DNA of 64,000 nt from Candidatus Rokuibacteriota bacterium (GTDB lineage Bacteria > Methylomirabilota > Methylomirabilia > Rokubacteriales > CSP1-6). The stretch is from assembly GCA_003220615.1 (NCBI GenBank), contig QHTB01000151.1, positions 67,974 to 131,973 of the forward strand, in the 5' to 3' direction. This document shows positions 43,966-51,713 of the stretch, piece after piece. The position numbers and the translations under genes were made by a program. Numbering within the stretch: position 1 is the stretch's first letter; every line of letters begins with the position of its first letter. The notes under the pieces are model-generated. The model was not told where the DNA came from. It did no database searches and worked only from the letters and a program-made list of their open reading frames with translations.

Positions 43966-44844
43966 ATGCCCCCACATTCCATCGGCTCCGGGACGATCTC
44001 CTTCGGACTGGTCTCGATTCCCGTGCGACTGTACACGGCGACGTCGTCGCAAAACGTGTCGTTCAACCTCCTGCACGCCAAGTGTGGCTCGCGCATCCGC
44101 CAGCAGACGTTCTGCCCGGTGGACAACACGACGGTCGATCGCAGCGAGCTGGTGCGCGGCTACGAGTTCGCCAAGGATCAATACGTCCGGGTCAGCGACG
44201 ACGAGCTGAAAGCGATGGAGGGCGAGGCCTCCCAGGTGATCGACATCACCGAGTTCGTCCCCCTCGCGCAGGTCGATCCCATCTACTTCGAGCGCACGCA
44301 CTATCTCGGGCCCGACAAGGGCGGTGAGAAGGCCTACCGATTGCTCGCCGAGGCGCTCGCCCAGAGCGAGCGGGTGGCCCTGGCCAAGTTCGTCATGCGC
44401 GGCAAGGAGAGCCTGGTGCTCATCCGCTCTGCGCAGGGCGGTCTCATGCTCCACACCATGTACTTGGCCGACGAGGTGCGCGACTTCGGTGAAATCGACA
44501 AGGGCGCGTCGGCCAAGGTGCGCGAGAACGAGCTGAAGCTCGCGCTCCAGCTCGTGGATGGCCTCGCGTCCGAGGAGTTCGAGCCCAGTCGCTACGAGGA
44601 CGAGTACCGACAGCGCGTGCAGGACCTCATCAAGAAAAAAGTCGAAGGCCAGGAAGTGACGACGGCGACGCCCGCGCCGCCGCGCGCCCAGGTCATCGAT
44701 CTCATGGAGGCGTTGAAGGAGAGTCTGGCCAAGCGAGTTCCGTCCGGCGAGCGCAAGCCTCCTGCGAAGGCGGCCCCCAAGCGCGCCGAGCCGGCGCCGG
44801 CCCGGGCAGCCGCCGCGAAAAAGGCGCAAGGCGGCAAGAAATAG
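43966..44844 (+). CDS. ku: Ku protein (NHEJ DNA-end-binding)
   Basis: ATG 43966 in ORF 43909..44844. GSGTISFGLVSIPVRLYTATS...VSFNLLH..C..RI....CP.....V......GYEF.KDQYV.... Lys-rich tail AAAKKAQGGKK. Confidence 0.9.
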   Translation: MPPHSIGSGTISFGLVSIPVRLYTATSSQNVSFNLLHAKCGSRIRQQTFCPVDNTTVDRSELVRGYEFAKDQYVRVSDDELKAMEGEASQVIDITEFVPLAQVDPIYFERTHYLGPDKGGEKAYRLLAEALAQSERVALAKFVMRGKESLVLIRSAQGGLMLHTMYLADEVRDFGEIDKGASAKVRENELKLALQLVDGLASEEFEPSRYEDEYRQRVQDLIKKKVEGQEVTTATPAPPRAQVIDLMEALKESLAKRVPSGERKPPAKAAPKRAEPAPARAAAAKKAQGGKK

Positions 44845-44846
44845 CT

Positions 44847-45404
44847 GTGACGCGAGCCGTCTGGCTCGTCTTTCTCGTGCTGCTCATCGCCGTGCTCGTC
44901 GCCATTCCCTTCGGCATCCGCCAGCGCTACGAAGGCTTCTCGGTTCCCTCGGCGTCGATGGTACCCACGCTGCTTCCCGGCGATTACATCCTCGTCGACA
45001 AGTCCGTGCGCGATCCCGCGCGCGGCGACCTCATCGTCTTCCAGGATGCGGCCGACGCCACCCAGCAGCTCGTCAAGCGCGTGGTGGGTCTGAGCGGCGA
45101 GGACGTGCACGTGGCCGGACGGCAGGTGTTCGTCGGCTGCGATCCGACGGCGGCCGGCTGCCAGGCGCTGCCCGAGCCCTACGCCGATTTCTCCGACAGG
45201 CCGGTCGCGTCCGAGAAGTCGGGAATGTGGCACGTGCCGGCCGGTCGCTTCTTCGTGATGGCCGACAACCGCAATGCGGGTGAGGACAGCCGTCACTACG
45301 GCACCGTGCGCTGGCAGCAGATCACGGGCCGGCCGTTCCTGATCTACTGGTCATCCGATCCCGGGGGTGGTATTCGCTGGGGCCGCATCGGACGAATTCA
45401 CTAA
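44847..45404 (+). CDS. lepB: signal peptidase I (S26)
   Basis: 185 aa. TM anchor, Ser box SASMVPTLLPGD, LVKRVVGLSGE (catalytic Lys), and ADNRNAGEDSRHYG. Confidence 0.85.
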   Translation: MTRAVWLVFLVLLIAVLVAIPFGIRQRYEGFSVPSASMVPTLLPGDYILVDKSVRDPARGDLIVFQDAADATQQLVKRVVGLSGEDVHVAGRQVFVGCDPTAAGCQALPEPYADFSDRPVASEKSGMWHVPAGRFFVMADNRNAGEDSRHYGTVRWQQITGRPFLIYWSSDPGGGIRWGRIGRIH

Positions 45405-45405
45405 G

Positions 45406-45432
45406 TTGGGGGACCCGTTCCGCTTCCCCCAA
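45406..45432 (+). terminator. hairpin TTGGGGGA-11nt-TCCCCCAA directly after the lepB stop
   Basis: 8-bp stem read directly, followed by AACCCCCT. It shares the 14-mer CCCCCAAACCCCCT with the element at 22674-22687. Confidence 0.4.
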
Positions 45433-45534
45433 ACCCCCTCCTTCACGCGAGGGCATGAACCTCTGTTACGATCCGCCCGTGATCCTGGATGACGGTTCCA
45501 CGCGCCATCTCGTGAACGGCCAGGTGGCCAGCTC

Positions 45535-46284
45535 GTGACGACGCCGGCCAGCCTTCGCGGGCACGCGGCGATCGTCACCGGCGCCGGCCGCAACATCGGC
45601 CGCGCCATCGTGCTGACGCTGGCCGTACGCGGCTGTGACGTCGTGGTGAACACCGCCCGCCGGCGCGCCGACGCCGAGGCCGTGGCCGTCGACGCCCGCA
45701 AGCACGGCGTGCGCGCGGTCGTCGCCGTCGGCGACGTGGGCCGGCGGGACGACGTGAACGCGATCGTCGGGGCGGCCGGCGAAATCGGGACCGTCGACAT
45801 CGTCGTCAACAACGCGGCCATCCGTCCCCGGGCGCCGTTCCTCGAGATGACGGACGCGGAGTGGCAGCGCGTCATCGACGTCGACCTCAGCGCCGCGTTC
45901 TACATGGCGCGGGCGTTCGCGCCCGCGATGGTGGCGCGCGGCTGGGGCCGCATCGTGAACATCACCGGCATGAATGCGATGCAGGGGACACACGACGGGC
46001 GCGCGCACGTCGCCGCCGCCAAGCACGGGCTCTGGGGGCTCACCAAGGCGCTGGCCCGTGAGCTCGGCCCGAAAGGGGTCACCGTCAACGCCATCTCGCC
46101 GGGGCCGATCCTCGGCGAGCAACAGGAGCACGCGGCCTACATCAGCAGCCAGCTCGACAAGATCCCGCTGGGGCGTCTCGGGACGCCCGATGACATCGCG
46201 CGCCTCACCGCCTTCCTCGCCTCGGACGACGGCGGCTTCGTTTCGGGCCAGATGATCGGCGTCAACGGCGCCGCCGCGACCTGA
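45535..46284 (+). CDS. SDR-family oxidoreductase (FabG-like)
   Basis: 249 aa. TGAGRNIGRAI (TGxxxGIG), NNAA, and ...AAAKHGLWGLTKALA.E (YxxxK position, with A in place of Y, should be checked). Confidence 0.8.
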   Translation: MTTPASLRGHAAIVTGAGRNIGRAIVLTLAVRGCDVVVNTARRRADAEAVAVDARKHGVRAVVAVGDVGRRDDVNAIVGAAGEIGTVDIVVNNAAIRPRAPFLEMTDAEWQRVIDVDLSAAFYMARAFAPAMVARGWGRIVNITGMNAMQGTHDGRAHVAAAKHGLWGLTKALARELGPKGVTVNAISPGPILGEQQEHAAYISSQLDKIPLGRLGTPDDIARLTAFLASDDGGFVSGQMIGVNGAAAT

Positions 46285-46303
46285 TCGAGCCACTGTCAGG
46301 GAA

Positions 46304-46441
46304 ATCGAGGCTCCAAGGAACAAGCCTCACGAGGCCCGAGGGAGGAGCGGCCCGCAGCGTACGCGGTTGTACGTGAGGAGCCGCGACGACCGAGAACGAA
46401 GTGAGGCGACGTAACTTGGAGCCGAGCAAGGAGCCTCGATG
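46304..46441 (+). promoter_or_regulatory. structured 5' leader with mutually exclusive helices; one buries the SD (AAGGAG 46428-33) and AUG of the crotonase gene
   Basis: 46304-14 ATCGAGGCTCC is perfectly complementary to 46430-40 GGAGCCTCGAT. 46309-17 GGCTCCAAG is complementary to 46415-23 CTTGGAGCC. 46324-30 GCCTCAC is complementary to 46401-07, and 46325-31 to 46372-78. All were read directly. Confidence 0.5.
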
Positions 46442-47239
46442 ATCGATTACAAGGAATACCAGCACCTGCTCTTCGAGCGCCGCCCCAACGGCGTGCTGCT
46501 CATCACGCTCAACCGGCCCGAGGTCCTCAACGCCACCAACGATCGCCTGCACTGGGAGCTGACCCAGATCTGGCTGACGATCGACCGCGACAAGGACACG
46601 CGGGTGGCGGTGGTGACCGGCGCCGGCCGGGCCTTCTCGGCCGGCGGCGACATGGACATGGTGGAGCGGAATGCCACCGACCCCCGGCGACTGGCCAACA
46701 CCGTGCGCGAGGCGTCGGACATCGTCTACAACATGATCAACCTCGACAAGCCGGTGATCTCCGCCATCAACGGCGTGGCCGTCGGGGCTGGCCTGGTCGT
46801 CGCGATGATGGCCGACATCAGCATCATGTCGGAGACGGCGCGCTTCACCGACGGCCACACCAAGCTCGGCGTGGTGGCCGGCGACCATGCCGCCATCCTC
46901 TGGCCGCTCCTCTGCGGGATGGCCAAGGCCAAGTACTACCTGCTCACCTCCGACTTCATCGACGGCAAGGAGGCCGAGCGCATCGGGCTGGTCAGCCTGT
47001 GCGTACCGGCCGCCGAGCTCCTGCCCAAGGCGTTCGAGGTCGCCGACAAGCTGGCCCAGGGAAGCCAGCAGGCGATCCGGTGGACGAAGAAGAGCCTCAA
47101 CAACTGGCTGCGCATGGCCGGGCCCATCTTCGACCAGTCCATCGCGCTGGAGATGCTGACCTTCATGGAGGAGGACGTTCGGGAGGGCATCAAGGCCATC
47201 CGCGAGAAGCGACCGCCGCGCTTCCCGTCCGCGCGATGA
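46439..47239 (+). CDS. enoyl-CoA hydratase/isomerase (crotonase) family protein
   Basis: 266 aa. ...VLLITLNRPEVLNA...VVTGAGRAFSAGGD...PVISAINGVAVGAGL... Confidence 0.9.
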   Translation: MIDYKEYQHLLFERRPNGVLLITLNRPEVLNATNDRLHWELTQIWLTIDRDKDTRVAVVTGAGRAFSAGGDMDMVERNATDPRRLANTVREASDIVYNMINLDKPVISAINGVAVGAGLVVAMMADISIMSETARFTDGHTKLGVVAGDHAAILWPLLCGMAKAKYYLLTSDFIDGKEAERIGLVSLCVPAAELLPKAFEVADKLAQGSQQAIRWTKKSLNNWLRMAGPIFDQSIALEMLTFMEEDVREGIKAIREKRPPRFPSAR

Positions 47240-47266
47240 GGGGGCTTTCGCGATGACGGGGCTTTT
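47233..47266. repeat. tandem duplication, 2 x 17 nt, GCGATGA(G/C)GGGGCTTT(C/T), including the crotonase stop codon
   Basis: Read directly. Copies at 47233-47249 and 47250-47266. Confidence 0.85.
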
Positions 47267-47305
47267 TGAGGTGCGGGGTACAATAGACCTGGACCCAGCA
47301 TTTTC

Positions 47306-48451
47306 ATGCCCAGGACGCCTCTCGAACCTCGGTTCAGCGTCGAGTACCTGTCGATCCTCGACAGCGACGGCAACCTCGATTCCGCCCTCGAGCCCGATCT
47401 CTCCGCCACCGAGCTGAAGCGGCTCTATCGCGCCATGCTCCTCGGGCGCCGGCTCGACGAGCGCATGGTGCGTCTGCAGCGCCAGGGCCGCATCGGGACG
47501 TTCGCGCCGATCAAGGGCCAGGAGGCGTCCCAGCTCGGCTCCGTCTGCACGCTGCGCGAGTCGGACTGGATGGTGCCGTCGTTCCGTGAGACGGCGGCCA
47601 TGCTGTGGCGAGGCTGGCCCATCGAGAAGTTGTTGATGACGTTCGCGGGCCAGCTCGAAGGGTGCCAGCCGGCGCCCGAGCAGCACGACCTGCCGATCAC
47701 CATTCCGGTGGGCACGCAGCTCCCGCACGCGGTCGGCCTTGCGTATGCCGCGCAATATCGCGGCGACGACGTCGTCGTCATGGCGTACTTCGGCGACGGC
47801 GCAACGTCGGAGGGTGACTTCCACGAGGCGCTGAACTTCGCCGGCGTCTGGCACGTGCCCGTCGTCTTCGTCTGCCAGAACAACCAGTGGGCGATCTCGG
47901 TACCGCTCAAGAAGCAGACCCACTCGCGCACGATCGCCCAGAAGGCCCTGGCCTACGGGTTGCCCGGCCTGCAGGTCGACGGCAACGACGTGCTGGCCGT
48001 GTACGCGGCGACCAAGGAAGCGGTCGATCGCGCCCGCGAGGGCAATGGCCCGACCTTGATCGAGTGCGTGACGTACCGCCTGGGCGTGCACACCACGGCC
48101 GACGATCCCACCAAGTACCGCTCCGAGGAGGAAGTGCGGGAGTGGGAGCGGAAAGATCCGCTCACGCGCTTCGTCGAGTACCTCAGGAAGAAGAACCTGC
48201 TGGAGGACGGCCTCGAGCAGGAGGTGGACGCCGAGATCGCCGCCGCCGTGAAGCGTTTCGAGGCGATGGCGCCCCCCGACGTGCTCACGATGTTCGATCA
48301 CGCGTATGCGGAGAAGCCCCCGGAGCTCCTGGCCCAGCGCGAGGAGGTGGCCTCGCGGCTGCGCAGCCCCGACGAGAGCACGGCCGCGCCCGAGCCGCCG
48401 CCGTCACCGCCCATGCGTGGCCAGCGAAAGACGAGCCGATGGCAAAACTGA
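47306..48451 (+). CDS. 2-oxoacid dehydrogenase E1 component alpha subunit (TPP-dependent; PDH/BCKDH type)
   Basis: 381 aa. ...MLLGRRLDERMV.LQRQGRIGTF....GQEA..., ...YFGDGATSEGDFHEALNFA.VW..PVVFVCQNNQWAIS... Confidence 0.9.
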   Translation: MPRTPLEPRFSVEYLSILDSDGNLDSALEPDLSATELKRLYRAMLLGRRLDERMVRLQRQGRIGTFAPIKGQEASQLGSVCTLRESDWMVPSFRETAAMLWRGWPIEKLLMTFAGQLEGCQPAPEQHDLPITIPVGTQLPHAVGLAYAAQYRGDDVVVMAYFGDGATSEGDFHEALNFAGVWHVPVVFVCQNNQWAISVPLKKQTHSRTIAQKALAYGLPGLQVDGNDVLAVYAATKEAVDRAREGNGPTLIECVTYRLGVHTTADDPTKYRSEEEVREWERKDPLTRFVEYLRKKNLLEDGLEQEVDAEIAAAVKRFEAMAPPDVLTMFDHAYAEKPPELLAQREEVASRLRSPDESTAAPEPPPSPPMRGQRKTSRWQN

Positions 48452-49419
48452 ACATGGTCAAGGCGCTGAACCTGGCGCTGCTCCAGGAGATGGAGCGGGA
48501 CCAGGACGTCGTCGTCATCGGCGAGGACGTCGGCGTCGACGGTGGCGTCTTCCGCGTGACCGAGGACCTCCATCGAAAATTTGGTGGCAAGCGGGTGATC
48601 GACAGCCCGCTCGCCGAGTCGGCCATCATCGGCACGTCGGTCGGCATGGCCCTCTACGGGCTCAAGCCCGTCTGCGAGATCCAGTTCTCGGGCTTCGCCT
48701 TCCAGTGCTTCCACCAGATCGAGAACCACGCCGCCCGCTATCGCATGCGCACCCAGGGGCGCTTCCACTGCCAGATGGTCGTGCGCATGCCCTACGGCGG
48801 CGGCGTGCGCGCGCTGGAGCATCACTCGGAGTCCGAGGAGCAGTTCTACGCTCACATCCCGGGGCTGAAGATGGTGATCCCGTCGGGGCCGCGGAATGCC
48901 CGCGGGTTGCTGGTGGCGGCGCTGCGCGATCCCGACCCCGTGATCTTCTTCGAGCACAAGGCGCTCTACCACGCGGCCAAGGAGGACGTGCCCGACGAGA
49001 TCGAGGCGCTGCCGCTCGGCCACGCCGACGTCGTGCGTGAGGGACGGGATCTGACGATCATCGCCTATGGCGCGATGGTGCGCGTGGCGCGCGAAGCCGC
49101 CGACACCCTGGCCAGCGAGGACGGCGCCGAGTGCGACGTGATCGACCTGCTCACGGTGTCGCCGCTCGATCGCGAGACGGTCGTGGCCTCCGTGCAGAAG
49201 ACCGGGCGCGCCCTCATCGTGCACGAAGCGCCCAAGAGCTTTGGCCCGGGCGCCGAGATCGCCGCCTCGATCGTCGAGGGAGCCTTCCTCTCGCTGGAGG
49301 CGCCCATCCGTCGCGTCACCGCCTACGACGTCCCCTTCGTCGGCTTCGCTCGTGAGCGCGCCAGCGTGCCCGACGTCGGGCGCGTGCTGGCCGCGGCGCG
49401 GGAGACGCTCGCCTACTGA
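48439..49419 (+). CDS. 2-oxoacid dehydrogenase E1 component beta subunit
   Basis: ATG 48439 in ORF 47887..49419. MAKLNMVKALNLALLQEMERD.DVVVIGEDVG..GGVFRVT..L...FG..RV.DSPLAE..I.G...GMA..GLKPV.EIQF..F... Confidence 0.9.
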   Translation: MAKLNMVKALNLALLQEMERDQDVVVIGEDVGVDGGVFRVTEDLHRKFGGKRVIDSPLAESAIIGTSVGMALYGLKPVCEIQFSGFAFQCFHQIENHAARYRMRTQGRFHCQMVVRMPYGGGVRALEHHSESEEQFYAHIPGLKMVIPSGPRNARGLLVAALRDPDPVIFFEHKALYHAAKEDVPDEIEALPLGHADVVREGRDLTIIAYGAMVRVAREAADTLASEDGAECDVIDLLTVSPLDRETVVASVQKTGRALIVHEAPKSFGPGAEIAASIVEGAFLSLEAPIRRVTAYDVPFVGFARERASVPDVGRVLAAARETLAY

Positions 49420-49426
49420 TCACGTC

Positions 49427-50323
49427 GTGCGCTGGGCCGCAGTCCTTGCCGTCCTCGGCCTTCTGACGACCGCCGCCCCTTCGCGCTCCGATCCGGCACC
49501 GCGGCTGCGTGTCGTGACGTTCAATCTCTTCCACGGCGGACCGACGTCGGGGCTCTGGGGCGACGACCGCCGACTCGAAGAGCGCCTGGCCCTCGCCCTG
49601 CGCGAGCTGCGCGCGCTCGATCCCGATGTCGTCGCGCTCCAGGAAGCGTCGGCGGGGTGGAGCCGCGGCAACGTGGCCGCGCGGCTCGCCGCCGGCCTCG
49701 GCTTCCACTACGTGTTTGCGCCGGCCACGCCGCGCGTGTTGCCGGTTCTCGGGCGACTCGCCACCTGGGTCATGAACTTCAGCGAGGGCTCCGCCGTGCT
49801 GAGCCGGTTCCCCATCGTGAGCCGCGCGGTGACCGATCTTCCGCGCTGCGTGAAGTTTCTCGACCCGCGGATCATGCTGCGCGCCGAAGTCGACGCCCCG
49901 TGGGGCCGGGTCGGCATCGTCTCGGCGCACACGGCGCGCGCCGACTGTCAGCTCGAGCGCATCGTCGACGTCGTGCAAGCCTGGCCGGCCGACCGCCCGG
50001 CCGTCGTCATGGGCGATTTCAACACCGGCGAGACCGCGCCAGGACTCGGTGTCTTCAGCCGCGCCGGCATGATCGACGCATTCCGCGCTGCCAATCCTGA
50101 AGGCGACGGGGCCACGACCTGGCAGAACGTCGTGGGCCCGGTGCGCACGGCCAGGCGACGCGTGGATTACGTGTTCTTGAGATCGGCAAACGGGCGGCAG
50201 TGGCGCGTGGTGGCGAGCCGTGTCGTCCTCGACGAGCCCGAGCGCAGGGCCGACGGCGCGACGCTGTGGCCGTCCGACCACTACGGCGTGCTCGCCGATC
50301 TCGAGCTGGGGCCGGTACAATGA
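49427..50323 (+). CDS. endonuclease/exonuclease/phosphatase (EEP) family protein, secreted
   Basis: GTG 49427 in ORF 49241..50323. Signal-like RWAAVLAVLGLLTTAAP. ...LRVVTFNLFHG..., ...DVVALQEA..., ...VVMGDFNTGE..., ...WPSDHYGVLADL. Confidence 0.8.
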   Translation: MRWAAVLAVLGLLTTAAPSRSDPAPRLRVVTFNLFHGGPTSGLWGDDRRLEERLALALRELRALDPDVVALQEASAGWSRGNVAARLAAGLGFHYVFAPATPRVLPVLGRLATWVMNFSEGSAVLSRFPIVSRAVTDLPRCVKFLDPRIMLRAEVDAPWGRVGIVSAHTARADCQLERIVDVVQAWPADRPAVVMGDFNTGETAPGLGVFSRAGMIDAFRAANPEGDGATTWQNVVGPVRTARRRVDYVFLRSANGRQWRVVASRVVLDEPERRADGATLWPSDHYGVLADLELGPVQ

Positions 50324-51633
50324 CGGCGATGGCCCGCGACTTCCGGCTCCCCGATCTCGGCGAGGGACTGACCGAGGCCGAGATCGTGAAGGTGCTCGTT
50401 CACGAGGGCGAGGACGTCCGTGAGGACGCGCCGCTGCTGGAGGTCGAGACCGACAAGGCGCAGGTCGAGATCCCGTCGCCGATGGCCGGGCGCGTGGAGA
50501 AGGTGCACGTGCACGCGGGCCAGACGGTGAAGGTCGGCCAGGTGCTCGTCTCGTTCGGCGAGGCGTCGGCAACGCCCGGGACGAAGACCGCGCTCACCGA
50601 TGGCCGCGCTCGTCAGGCGGCCCCGGCAGCCGGAGCGCGCGCCACACCACCACCCGCAGCGCGCGTCACCGAAGGGCCGGTGCCGGCCACGCCGGCGACG
50701 CGACGGCTGGCGCGAGAGCTCGGCGTCGATCTCCGCGCTGTCTCCGGCAGCGGATCGGGCGGGCGTGTCACCGACGAGGATGTCCGCGCCGCGGTAGCCG
50801 GGGCAACCAGGCCTGCCGCCGTGGCGCCGCGTGCGCCGGCGGCTCCCGAACGCCACGAGCCGGCGCGGCCCGCTGTCGAGCGTGGCCCGGCGAAGCCGCT
50901 GGCGGCGATCGGCCTGCAGGCGCCACCGCTGCCCAGCTTCGAGCAGTGGGGCCCGATCGAGCGCCAGCCACTCTCGCACCTTCGCCGCACGATCGCCGAG
51001 CGGATGACGCTGTCGGCGACCGTGATCCCGCACGTCACCCACTTCGACAAGGCGGATATCACCGACCTCGACGGGCTCATCCGTCGCAACCTCGAGGTGG
51101 CTCGCGCCCAGGGCGTGACACTCACGCTGACGAGCTTCCTCATGAAGGCGGCGGCGCTCGCGCTCAAGGGCCATCCGCAGTTCAACGCGAGCCTCGATCC
51201 CGCAGCCGGCGAGCTGATCGTGAAGCGCTACTGCCACCTGGGCGTGGCGGTGGCGGCGGAGCGCGGGCTCATCGTGCCCGTCATCCGGGACGTGGACCGC
51301 AAGTCCTTGCTCGAGATCCAGCGCGAGCTCGGCGCGCTCGCTCAGCGTGTGCGAGAGGGCAAGGCCACGCTCGACGACTTGAAGGGTGGCACCTTCACGA
51401 TCACGAACATCGGCGCCCTCGGCGGGACGGGAGCCATCCCGATCATCAACTATCCCGAGGTGGCGATCCTGCTCGTCGGCCGCTCGCGAAAAATGCCGGT
51501 CGTAGTGGAAGATCGCATCGAGCCGCGCCTGATGATGCCGCTGAGCCTCTCGTACGACCAAACACCCCGACCAGCTACTGCTGGAGCTCTGACGTGCGTG
51601 CTCGGACAGCGTCCCGTAGGGTCGCGACTCTGA
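50320..51633 (+). pseudogene. dihydrolipoamide acyltransferase (E2) with a disrupted 3' end; the catalytic DHRxxDG motif is missing
   Basis: Lipoyl domain (...LLEVETDKAQVEIPSP.AG...), E3-binding domain (ATPATRRLARELGVDL..V.GSG.GGRVT.EDV) and acyltransferase core up to ...MMPLSLSYD are intact. The frame then reads QTPRPATAGALTCV.... The +1 frame gives KHPDQLLLEL-stop (51590-92), which looks like the true C-terminus. Confidence 0.7.
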
Positions 51634-51670
51634 TCGCGCAAACGATGAATCACCGACCGTGGTTGCGGAG

Positions 51671-51707
51671 GGGCACGGGCGTGGCGCAAGCCCGGGTGCC
51701 CGTGCCC
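51671..51707 (+). other. 10-bp stem hairpin GGGCACGGGC-17nt-GCCCGTGCCC between E2 and E3
   Basis: Read directly. An alternative inner stem is CGGGC/GCCCG. It is followed by TGTTAAATGG and the E3 ATG. Confidence 0.5.
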
Positions 51708-51713
51708 TGTTAA

